Virus record (IMG/VR): IMGVR_UViG_3300029266_000978
Span: 1 to 54,410 of that record
Reading direction: 5' to 3' (one strand)
Length of the DNA: 54,410 bases
Source of the DNA: a virus
Taxonomy: Duplodnaviria > Caudoviricetes
Shown here: positions 30,366 through 41,100 of the stretch, piece by piece
How the letters are laid out: each line of letters begins with the position of its first letter
Position numbering within the stretch: the first letter of the stretch is position 1
Notes under the pieces: model-generated
What the model saw: the letters and a program-made list of their open reading frames with translations, nothing else
What the model was told of the DNA's origin: nothing
The model's database searches: none
Position numbers and translations under genes: made by a program

Positions 30366-32309
30366 ATGCCAATAACAATTAATAATTATAATTTTACATC
30401 GGTAATATACCAGGTGGGTGAGTTTACTCCCGTATATATTGAATTCCCAACAGCCGTAATTACTATAAAGCCAAATGCAGGCTATACTGCTACATCCGCG
30501 GATTTTTCTTTAGATGCAAGCTTTTCTGATCCGGCTGTACAAACTGTAGTATTTGCTCAATCGGGATTAAATGTAACGTGTACCGTAACTTTTAAGACTG
30601 GTTTTATAATGCCTGCAAATAATTATAATATTCCATTATGTATTGTTGGCGATGCTGCAGTTAGTCTTATAACTATAGCCGGAACATTTACTTCTACAGT
30701 AGGAACTAATGTAACACCTGTAAGTCAAACAGCTGTCGTTTATAATGATTCCGGAGCATTTGGAGAAACTGATGCTTTGTTTTCAAAAACATATACCGCT
30801 GCTACAGGTTATTATTTAAAAAATCCTTCTGCTAATATTGTTACAGGTAATCAAGCTAACTATACAGTTGTTCAAACACCTACATATGACGCGGCAGGTA
30901 ACTTAACTGTTTATGCTTTAAATTGTAGTTACACATATCCTATTAATAATGTAGCGGGAGATTTTATAGATATAAAAATACCTTCAGATCTTATATTTGT
31001 GCCTGCTCAAGAAATAACATCTTACTTATTTGATACCTCCCAGGTTTCTTTAGGAGGGGCTCAAAGAGTATTAACATTGTACGGAGATTCTGGGGCTGTG
31101 TTTACAGTGCTTGTAACAGATACTTCTGGTAATTCTTACAATGCTGAATTAAATGCTACTATGGGTATTACTGGGGTTTATACAACAACAATAGTTTTTC
31201 CAGATATAACAGGAGCAACAGCTAATACTGTCTATACGATTACATTATCTGGAGATCTTGCATCTGGCTTTCCTCAAACTAATCCTATAATATTAACTCA
31301 ATATGCTATTAACCCAACTATATCTATAGCGGGGTCATCGAGCGTTGGGGTTACTGGCTTTACAACATTTACTAGGCAAGGTACTGCTTTTGCGTCTCCA
31401 GTAAACACATTTATGACAGCCTCTTGGCCGTTAACCATAGCTTCCCCTAGCACTATAACTTATGATGGTGATATTGAAATGGATGACTTTTTGTTTACGC
31501 AAGGATTAGGTATTGACCCTACTGTTGTTACAAGTGTAACAAATTCATCTACAATAACTTTGGTTAATGCTACCGGTATACTTGTAAATGATGAATTTAA
31601 TCAACTAGTATCAGGAGGCGATTCTGCACCTTTTCAATTTAAAGTTACGGGAGTTGCTGGAAATGTATTAACAGTAAGCCCAAATATTACAATTGCAGCA
31701 GGAGGTGTATTAGAAGTATATAGAACAAAAGGTAATATTATAGACGGTGCAACAATTACAGCTACTCAAGTTAATGCTCAAAGTGTTACAATAGCCTTGT
31801 CTGTTCAAGTAGTTGAATTTGGAGAAGCAGATGTTACTTTTACTCTTAATTTAGATAATGTAATAAATAAAGTAGGTACTACTTTGGTGGCTTTACAGGC
31901 GGGATATAATGCTTTAAATAGTTCTACGGCTTGTTGCGGTACCACTGCTACATACTATTTTAATTCTACTAGTTTTCAAACAGCTACGCTAATATACACT
32001 AATTCTGGAGGCACAATTTTAGCTCCAGCAGGATTTTATGCTACATCAGTAGGTCATAGATATTGGAATGGATCAGCCTTTACAACAACTACAACAACAC
32101 CTTGCCCTAGTTGCTTTGTTTCTTTAGAATTATGTTATGCTACAACACAAAACACTTTATGCTGTGGAACTGCTACTTCTGTAAATGTATTTGTAGGAGC
32201 TGGTGAAACATTCCTTAATAATAACGGATTATTTAGTAATCAAGCATTAACAATTGCTGCAGCAAACGGATTTTATAGCGATAATATAACATGTCAACCT
32301 CAACCTTAA
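30366..32309 (+). CDS. Beta-rich virion protein with Cys-rich C-terminal repeats
   Basis: 647 aa, Thr/Val/Gly-rich, containing TACCG, LCCG and PCPSC. Confidence 0.7.
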   Translation: MPITINNYNFTSVIYQVGEFTPVYIEFPTAVITIKPNAGYTATSADFSLDASFSDPAVQTVVFAQSGLNVTCTVTFKTGFIMPANNYNIPLCIVGDAAVSLITIAGTFTSTVGTNVTPVSQTAVVYNDSGAFGETDALFSKTYTAATGYYLKNPSANIVTGNQANYTVVQTPTYDAAGNLTVYALNCSYTYPINNVAGDFIDIKIPSDLIFVPAQEITSYLFDTSQVSLGGAQRVLTLYGDSGAVFTVLVTDTSGNSYNAELNATMGITGVYTTTIVFPDITGATANTVYTITLSGDLASGFPQTNPIILTQYAINPTISIAGSSSVGVTGFTTFTRQGTAFASPVNTFMTASWPLTIASPSTITYDGDIEMDDFLFTQGLGIDPTVVTSVTNSSTITLVNATGILVNDEFNQLVSGGDSAPFQFKVTGVAGNVLTVSPNITIAAGGVLEVYRTKGNIIDGATITATQVNAQSVTIALSVQVVEFGEADVTFTLNLDNVINKVGTTLVALQAGYNALNSSTACCGTTATYYFNSTSFQTATLIYTNSGGTILAPAGFYATSVGHRYWNGSAFTTTTTTPCPSCFVSLELCYATTQNTLCCGTATSVNVFVGAGETFLNNNGLFSNQALTIAAANGFYSDNITCQPQP

Positions 32310-32312
32310 AAA

Positions 32313-32642
32313 ATGGCTCAAAAACAATATAGACAACAATCAGGATCTACGCTAGGACTTTTATCAAATTGCCCTAGTTGTTCACCTCAAACTTCATATT
32401 CAGCAACAGCTTGTTCAAGTAGTGCAACTTATAACATACACAGAACAAATGGATTTAATGGAAGTCAATCAATATTATTATCGCAGACTTATAATATAGG
32501 GGATGTTGTTTATGTTAAAGCATCTGCTATTGCTCCAATAATTTGTGCTACTATTACGGGAATAAATAGTTCAGCACCTAGTTATTTTATAGATGCAGTT
32601 TCTGGACCTTGGAACAATTGTGCTAGTTGCGTAACACCTTAA
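32313..32642 (+). CDS. Small Cys-rich structural protein
   Basis: 109 aa with CPSC and CASC; same frame as the upstream gene. Confidence 0.65.
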   Translation: MAQKQYRQQSGSTLGLLSNCPSCSPQTSYSATACSSSATYNIHRTNGFNGSQSILLSQTYNIGDVVYVKASAIAPIICATITGINSSAPSYFIDAVSGPWNNCASCVTP

Positions 32643-32651
32643 AATATAAAT

Positions 32652-32981
32652 ATGGCAAATATAACTTTAACGTTTACAAACGCTTTACCGGAAGGTATTC
32701 AAGTAGGAGATATAGCATGGTATTTAGATGCTTCAACTAACTTAGAGGTTCAAATGGGACCAATAACATCAATAACAATTAGTCCTATTACAATAGTAAT
32801 TAATGCTCCAGCGGGTGTAATTCCTCCAGCAGCAGCTGATTTTATATTCTATGTAAAAAATCCTATAGGTGTTGTAAGTTCTTTAAAAGGATACTATGCT
32901 GAGGCTCAATTTGTAAATGAATCAACTAAATATGCTGAATTGTTCTCTGTAGGTACCGAAATATTTGAGAGCAGTAAATAA
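32652..32981 (+). CDS. Small tail-associated structural protein
   Basis: 109 aa with IQVGDIAWY and SSLKGYYAE...ELFSVGTEIFESSK. Confidence 0.65.
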   Translation: MANITLTFTNALPEGIQVGDIAWYLDASTNLEVQMGPITSITISPITIVINAPAGVIPPAAADFIFYVKNPIGVVSSLKGYYAEAQFVNESTKYAELFSVGTEIFESSK

Positions 32982-32982
32982 T

Positions 32983-32997
32983 ACGTAATAATAAAAC
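32983..32997 (+). promoter_or_regulatory. Candidate phage late promoter (ACGTAATAATAAAAC)
   Basis: Exact copy of 6580-6594, intergenic, ahead of the ejection-protein genes. Confidence 0.55.
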
Positions 32998-33013
32998 TAT
33001 AAAACTTAATTAA

Positions 33014-33667
33014 ATGATAGGACAAATAGTAGGTGGTCTTACCGGAATAGCTAGCGGAATAATAGGTAGCGGAAAAAGAAAGCGTGAACAACGCGCTGCT
33101 CAGACAGATTACAATAATAGAAAAAGTCAATTTGAAAACTTAGATACGTCTAATGTTTATGAAGGTATGGAAAATACTATGGAGGATCTTACCGTTAATC
33201 AAGGTGCTGCACAATTTGCTGCCGAACAATCTAATCAAGGATTGTCTAATGTTATGTCAGGACTTCAGGGTGCTGCAGGTGGATCTGGAATTGCTTCTTT
33301 AGCTCAATCATTAGCTGGGCAACAACAAGCACAAACAAGACAAGCTTCACTGGATATTGGAAGACAAGAACAAGGTAACCAAGCAGCAGAACGTAAACAA
33401 GCTGGAAATATACAATTGTACGAAAGAAAAGGTGAATTAATATCTAGAGATGCAGAAAAAGATAAAACGGAAACATTATTAGGTATGTCGCAACAAAGAT
33501 TAGGTGCGGCAAATAAAGCAAGACAAGATGCTACTAATGATATAGTAGGAGGTGTTACCGGAGTAGTTGGTGCAACATTAGGAGGATTTGCTTCTGGAGC
33601 AATTGATAAAGGTGGTGCTTTTGGAGAATTTTTAGGCGCACCCGGAGGTTCTGCAAGTGGCCCATAA
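33014..33667 (+). CDS. Internal virion / DNA ejection protein
   Basis: Gly/Ala/Gln-rich with glycine-zipper hydrophobic termini. Confidence 0.65.
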   Translation: MIGQIVGGLTGIASGIIGSGKRKREQRAAQTDYNNRKSQFENLDTSNVYEGMENTMEDLTVNQGAAQFAAEQSNQGLSNVMSGLQGAAGGSGIASLAQSLAGQQQAQTRQASLDIGRQEQGNQAAERKQAGNIQLYERKGELISRDAEKDKTETLLGMSQQRLGAANKARQDATNDIVGGVTGVVGATLGGFASGAIDKGGAFGEFLGAPGGSASGP

Positions 33668-33681
33668 TAAATAATAAAACT

Positions 33682-35124
33682 ATGAATATAAATTTAGTAA
33701 AAGGCGCTGCACTATTAGGCCAGAGTAAAGAATCTACCTGGGGAGATCGTGCTCAAGCTGTAGCAAAAGAAACCGGACAAGAGTTAGCTATAATGACTGC
33801 TCAAAACATGGCAAAAAAAGCTTTAGTTAATACTAAAGTAGGTGCTTATATAAATTCATTAAACTCTGATATTGATTTAACTCAATTAACAGGAGAACAA
33901 AATTCAGCAGTTTCTAACTATCTAGTAGAAAACAAACAAAAATACGCGGAGTACGCTACTCAAATAGCTAAAATAGATGATCCTTCTTCTGGGAGGTACA
34001 TGGAGCTTAGAGATAAAATGAATGGTATTCAAAGCAGCTTTTCTAATTTAGCAGGCCAAATGGGTACATATAAAGAAGAAAAAATAGCATACTTAAAAGA
34101 TTTTGATGATCAAAGATTATCTGATGGTAATAAATTAGGTGCTTTGAAAAATGCTGGAGATATATTTACGGATCAAGGCATAATGGGAATAGGTAAAGGT
34201 GGTAACTTAAATTTTTGGAATGAAGAAGATGGCAAATATGCTAACTATGCAACTATTGAAAAGCCTTTCTTAAAAGATTTTGCTTCTGCTGATAAAATTT
34301 TACAGCTAAACGAGAGTGTGTATAGCGCAGGTAAATCTTTAAGTGGTGCTAGGCAAAATATGGTTAGAAATAAATTAAAAAACATGATAAATTCAGGAGG
34401 TAGAGATACATTGTTATCTTTAGCGTCTGATGATTTTTTAATTGAAGGTGGTTTAAATTTAGAAGACCCATCACTTTTTGAACCGGCTAATGAAGATCTA
34501 TTAAGAGAAACAGTTCTTAATAGCTATATGGATGCCATGGTAGATAGTGCTGCTCAAGGTGCTGCTGAAAAAAGACCAGCAAATAGTGGAAGCGGAAGAA
34601 GAGGAAGCAAGACTGGTTTTAGTGGAGCTTTGAATGATGAAATTGATTTATCAGGTCCTGTTATTAATAAGGCAATGGGATTCTCTGAATTAGCAAATGA
34701 AACTCCTGGTATTGATAAAAACAATAATATAGTTAATCAAATAAATGCTATAGATCCTACAGCTAAATCAAACCCTTATATTAGTAGAGATAGAATGCTT
34801 ACTCGATGGATGGTAGGAAATGATTTTGATGATGATGAAATGGAAGAGGCTGATGTAGAGTTTACTAAAGAATACGGTAATGCTCAAATATTTAAATTTA
34901 ATGCCGCAAATCCTGCAGATTCTTATGGAACAAATATAGATGTAAACAACCCTCAAGCTTTATATGAATTTTACATACAGAATTCCGGCTTCTCTGGTAA
35001 AGCTCAAAACTATCATTTAGGTCAATATGAAACTTACAAAGGTAGAGGCAGTAAGCAAGAAAAGAATAACGAAGAAGTAATAGTTGAAGAAGAAAAAATA
35101 GAATCACCAGGTAACTTCGGTTAA
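33682..35124 (+). CDS. Internal virion protein
   Basis: 480 aa, helical, between two ejection-type genes. Confidence 0.6.
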   Translation: MNINLVKGAALLGQSKESTWGDRAQAVAKETGQELAIMTAQNMAKKALVNTKVGAYINSLNSDIDLTQLTGEQNSAVSNYLVENKQKYAEYATQIAKIDDPSSGRYMELRDKMNGIQSSFSNLAGQMGTYKEEKIAYLKDFDDQRLSDGNKLGALKNAGDIFTDQGIMGIGKGGNLNFWNEEDGKYANYATIEKPFLKDFASADKILQLNESVYSAGKSLSGARQNMVRNKLKNMINSGGRDTLLSLASDDFLIEGGLNLEDPSLFEPANEDLLRETVLNSYMDAMVDSAAQGAAEKRPANSGSGRRGSKTGFSGALNDEIDLSGPVINKAMGFSELANETPGIDKNNNIVNQINAIDPTAKSNPYISRDRMLTRWMVGNDFDDDEMEEADVEFTKEYGNAQIFKFNAANPADSYGTNIDVNNPQALYEFYIQNSGFSGKAQNYHLGQYETYKGRGSKQEKNNEEVIVEEEKIESPGNFG

Positions 35125-35134
35125 ATTAAATTTT

Positions 35135-38100
35135 ATGGCAGAGAACATTTTAAAAAACATATGGAACGAATTATCTTCAAAAGGTAAAACGGATTCAGAC
35201 TTTGATTCATGGCAAACAAATCTAAATGAAAATGAAGATGTGCAAGCTAATGTATACAATTATTTAAAAGATAACGATTATACAAAAAGCGAATTTAGCG
35301 AATGGAAAAGCAATGCTCTTGTAGCAAAGACAAACGACTCTGCAAGTGCGAATCCAAGTGTGGAGTCAGGAAAAAAAGATACGGGATTCAAATCGGAAAA
35401 TACTTTATCGGATTCACCTATTGAAAAAAATACTTGGTTAGAAAACTTTTTAGGCGAAAAAGAAGATGCTGAAGACAAACTGTTTGGTCTTGTTGATTTT
35501 GTTAGTGATACATATAGAGCTGTAAAAAGCGGAATATCTACAGGAGCAAGTGTTGATGAATCTTTTGACTTATTTAATAAGGGCAGTAATATGTCTGATC
35601 AAGAAGTTGAGGATTTAATAATAGCAGGTAGACGAGTAGAAAACGCAGGAATGTCTAAAGAGCAACTTGAAGCTTCCGCTAAAATGGCTAAACTAAAGGA
35701 AGAAGGCTACACAGGCATGGGTGCTTTTATGGGTGCTTATTGGGATAATCCTTCCGCTTTAACTAGCATGTTTGTTTCTTCTCTTTCTATGATGGCTGCC
35801 AGTTTTATAGATAGCGGCGAGGTTAGAGCTAGTTCCGCAGCAGGATCAGGAGCAGGAGCCACAGCAGGTGCAGGTGCAGGTGCGGGAGTTGGAGCATTAT
35901 TTGGCGGTGTTGGTGCATTACCTGGAGCAGCAATAGGTGCTAAGCTAGGAGCAGTAAGTGGAGCTATGAGTGGAATTACCGCTGCTATGGAAACAGGTCT
36001 TACAACCGCTCAGCTTCTTCAGGAATCGGCTGAAGAAACAGGTGTCGAGTGGGGGGCTATGGATGATAAGCAAAGAATAGCTTATGTAAGGGAACTTACT
36101 TCTGATAAAGAAAGATTTAATGATATAACAAACAAAGCTTTAGCAAGAGGTTTGACAATAGGAAGTGTTGATTTTGCAGTTAACATGGCTACTTTTGGAA
36201 CTGGAAAACTTGTTTTTGGAGCGGTAAGTAAAAGTGCAGCAAGTGCTTTAACAAAGCCAATAACAGGATTAGCCGCTGGTTCTGTTGAAACAGTAGGATC
36301 AGGTTTTGGTGAATATTTAGGTCAAAAAGCTGCTGGTCAAGAATATAACTTTGAGGAAATTGCTTTAGAAGCTTTCGCTGATAAATCAGCAACAATCGTA
36401 ACGGCTGTTAAAGGCATGAAAAAAGGCAATCCTTCTTATTCTATTAACGGGCAAAAAATGAATGGTAAGCAAATGTCCGATGCTTTAAAAATTATGGACG
36501 ATTTGTCTTATGTAAAAGCTGACATTAAAATTGATGATTCTCCAGCTGTACAAAAAATAGTAGACAATAGAAGACAAAACATATCTGCAGATCAACAAGT
36601 AGATAGTAGGATAAATGATGTAAAGGATAGAACAGAAGCTATAAAGTTAACAAAAGAATACGATAAATTAAAAGGCAATAGAGAAGGTAATAAAACTAAG
36701 CTTGCACAAATACAAGAAAAGCTTACTATTATTTCAGATAAATATACTAATTCACAGATTGATGCAACAATAGATCAAAGACAGAAAGCTGTTGCTGAAG
36801 CTGTTGAAACTAAATTTGAAGAAAGTTTTAATAAAAATGTTAAAGCTCTTACAGATGCTCAAGAAGAAATAGGCGTAGAGCCTGTGGTTTTTGAAAATGA
36901 TGAATCTTTTTATAGTGAAACATCTAAAGAATTAAATATTACTGAAGAATATTTAAAAGAAAATGCTGTTGATGGTATATTTGTTGGGAACGGTAAAGTT
37001 TATATAAATAAAGCGCAAGCTAAAAGAAGTATAAATATTGCAACTGGAAACACAGGCGCAATATCCGTTGCAAGTCACGAAGTATTGCATCCTATATTTA
37101 ATGCTTTAATTGGAGGAGCTAAAACGCAAGGAGAATTTGTTAAGCAGTTTAGAACAAGAATGACTGGTAAACAAAAAACTTATGTTGACGCGCAATTAAA
37201 GGAAAGAGGATATACTAAAGAGGTTACAGGTATTGAGCTTATGAATATTTTTTCAGATGGTATAATTAAAAATGAAATAACATACGATCAAACATTCTTT
37301 GAAAAGTTAGGTGATAATATTATAAGATTATTTAAAGGGCAAGGCTTTGATAAATTATCTTTTGATAACGGTAAAGAAGTATATAACTTTCTTAAAGAGT
37401 ATAATACAAGTATAAAAGCTGGTAAATTAAGTGACAAAGCTATATCTACTATAAAGAAAGCTGAAGTTGAAAAGAAAACTAAAGTTGCGGATGCTAAGCT
37501 ATTACAAGAAGAACAATTTTCAAAAACATTAACACCTGAGCAAAGCGCTGAAACATCAGCCGATATAGCTAACATTAAAAAATTAGCAGAAGAAAATGCG
37601 GCGTTGGCTAAAAAGTATAATAAGGAACCTATAAAATCTCCTAAGCAAACTAGATTAGAACAGAAAGTTTTATCAAGCATTAAAGAAATCATAGACAAAG
37701 TTGTTACAAATAGAACAAAAGCTTTATATGATCCTATTGCAGATGATGCAAAACGAAATGTAACTAGAGATTCATTTAAAGAATCTATGCGTAGTGACAT
37801 TGAAGCTATGGTTTTGAACGAGTATAATGGTTCTCAGGAATTAGAAAAATTTATAGTAAACAGAAGTTACTTAAGAGCAAACGATTTAGCTAAAAGATTA
37901 GGTATTGAATCTCAAGAAGACGGAGGTATAAAATCTGATGTAGATTCCGCTAAAAATATAACTAACACAAAAGATGAACAAACAATTGATCGTAGTGGTA
38001 CAGTAGAGCGTGGCCAGGCTACATTTGATGAGCTTGATATTGTTGATGATAAACTTATATCAGAAATAGAATCAGAGTTAGATAGAGAGCTTAAAACACG

Positions 38101-41100
38101 CGCATCTAAAGGCACATTATCTGAAATGATTTCAGTTAAAAGAGGTAGAGAAATTTATCTTATATCTTGGCTAGAAAATTATATAGATAAAACATTATTT
38201 AAAAAGATTTTAAAAAAATGGGGAGCTATTGGTGAATCTAAAGGTAAGGTTGTTATACCTGCTGGTTATATAGATTTTTTAAATAGTAAAAAAGCTTTTG
38301 ACATTGTTACTAAAGCATTGCCTATAAAAACTATTAAAAAAAGTTATAGTAATTTATTTAAAATAGAAAGATTAGGTAGAGAATTAACACCTGAAGGTAA
38401 TCCTATATATAAAATACCACCTATAAATAAGAAAACTTTTTTAACTTATTTTCTTGACGGTAAAAAGAATACTATATTAGAAAGACAAAAGCAATTAGCT
38501 AGAGAAATAATAACGCCTGTTACTAAAGAACTTATTGCGGAGTATGCTACTGAAGAAAATATTTCTAAATTAGTAGCAAGACAATCTATAGCTCCTGAAA
38601 CTGCTGTAGATATAGCTAATAAAATAGTTATCGATGCCCAAATAAACGATTTAGAATCTAAGATTGATAGATACAAAGGGGAAACTAAAGGTTTTGATAT
38701 TATACAGTTTTCTAAAAACAATAATTTACAAGGATCTGATTTAAGGGATAAAAAAGGAACTTATAATATTTACGCAGCTTCTAGGCTTGATGCAGATAGC
38801 GCAGCGTTTTTAAAGTTTCCAGCTAGAATAAAGAATTTTATATATGATTTAATTGATAAGGGCCGACTTACAGGTAATGCTTTTGGCGGAGTTGTATATG
38901 AATCTTTAGTGTTAAAGACTTTAAAATCTGCAGCTAGAAATATACCTGGCTTAAGTATTATAACAAAAGATAAAAAAGGTCAACAAGGATCTAAAGGTTA
39001 CGATAGCACTGGAGGAGGTGATATTGATATTGTATTTACTAAAAAGAATGGTAAAAAAATAAAAATACTATTAGAGATTAAAAAGAATGCTAAAGTTAGA
39101 TTTGGCCAAGTAACATTAGGTATAGAAGATGGTATAGTTATATTAAGAAAAAATGGTGATAAATTAGATCCGACTACTATACCTGGAGGAGTAAGCTTAG
39201 TGGCTAGAGCACAAGAAGGTTCTGCTAACTTACAAAAAATATTAGATATAGTAAATAAAGAAGAAGGAACAAATATTAAATCTATTCCTTTAAAAACTTC
39301 TATAAGTAAAAAAACTTATGAGAAAGCTGTAAATTCAAAACCTTATAAAGATTTTATAAAATTAACAGAAGAGTTAGATAAATCAAGAGTAGCTGATCAT
39401 TATAATAAAAAAGGCGTATACTATATACAAATAGGAGGCAAGGGTTTATATTTTATGGGAAAAGATATACATAATTTAGGCGTACCTGAATTAGATGCAT
39501 CTTTTAGAGGAACAGTTCGAGTTAAAAGAGGATCTGTTCAACAAAAAGGTACGGTTTACATGAGCTTAATATCTGAACCAAAAATTGTTGCTAGTACTTT
39601 AAAAAATTCTCCTTATACTCTTGAGACAAAAGAAGGTATTGAAAAAGTATTTAATCAACCGCTATTACAATTATCTAGATCATTGAATGAAGACTTTAAT
39701 GATATAGTTGAAGGTGCAACAAATATAGACAGTAAAAAAAGATATTCTGATGCTAAAGGTAAAGTAAGAGGTAGAAACAAAGGTAAGTTTAAGTTTTTTA
39801 TTCCGCCATCTGCAGATGATTTTGCAGGTTTGGTTAGTAGGCTCTTAGGTAAAGGTAAAAAAGGAGATGCTAATGCAGCTTGGTTTAAAGAAAAATTATT
39901 TAATCCTTTTGCTAAAGGTATTAGAGATTTTGAATCTTATAAGCAACAAACTACCGCTATGGTAAAAGCCTTAAAGAAGCGTGTTAAAAACATTCCTAAA
40001 GGTTTATCTAAAATAGGAGATACTGGATTTACAAATGAAGCTGCAGTAAGAGTATATCTTTGGGCTAAAGCAGGTGTTGAAATACCTGGTTTATCTAAAA
40101 CAGATCAAAAAGAATTAATAGATTTAGTAGAAAATAGCCCAGGCTTATTAGGGTTTGCTAATGAATTAGAACAAGCTTTTAATGGTTATCCAGAGCCGGA
40201 TAATGGATGGCTAGCAGGTACGGTTACTACTGATATTATTAACATGGTTAATACCGCTAAGAGAGCTGAATTTTTACAAGAATGGCAGGACAATGTGGAT
40301 GTAATCTTTTCTAAAGAAAATTTAAACAAACTTAGGGCGGCATATGGTGATAATTATGTAGAAGCTATGGAAGATATGCTTTACCGAATGAAGTCTGGTA
40401 GAAATAGACCTTCTGGAGCTAACAAGCTTACTAATAAATTTATGAATTGGATAAACGATTCTGTAGGTACAATAATGTTTTTCAATACAAGATCAGCATT
40501 ACTACAAACATTATCTATAGCTAACTTTATTAACTGGGGAGATAATAATCCCGCTAAAGCTGCTGCAGCTTTTGCTAATCAAAAACAATTTTGGTCAGAT
40601 TTTGCAATGTTATTTAACTCTGATTTTCTTAAACAAAGAAGATCTGGTTTAAAGAATGATGTGAATGCAGATGATATTGCTAGTGCAGCAGAATCTGCAA
40701 CTAATAAATCAAAAGCAGTATTATCTTCTATATTAAAAATGGGATTCTTACCTACACAAATGGCGGATAGTTTTGCTATTGCAATGGGTGGTGCATCATT
40801 TATAAGAAATAGAATTAATAAATACAAGTCCGAAGGACTAGACACTAAAGCTGCTGAAGAACAAGCTTTCTTAGACTTTCAAGAAGTAGCAGAAGAAACA
40901 CAACAATCGTCTAGACCTGATAGAATATCACAACAACAAGCAAGTCCATTAGGACGTATTATATTAGCTTTTGCAAACACCCCTATGCAATACATGAGAT
41001 TAACGAAAAAAGCTTTCTTAGATCTTAAAAACAATAGAGGTGATCCTAAATCTAATATATCCAAAATAGTTTATTATACTTTTATTCAAAACGTTATATT

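Noticed and set aside
296-41064. Numerous minus-strand ORFs of 60-170 aa opposite structural genes (e.g. 7630-8100, 13141-13566, 37288-37800)
   Set aside because: Antisense shadows of strongly biased genes, with no motifs, leaders or operon context.
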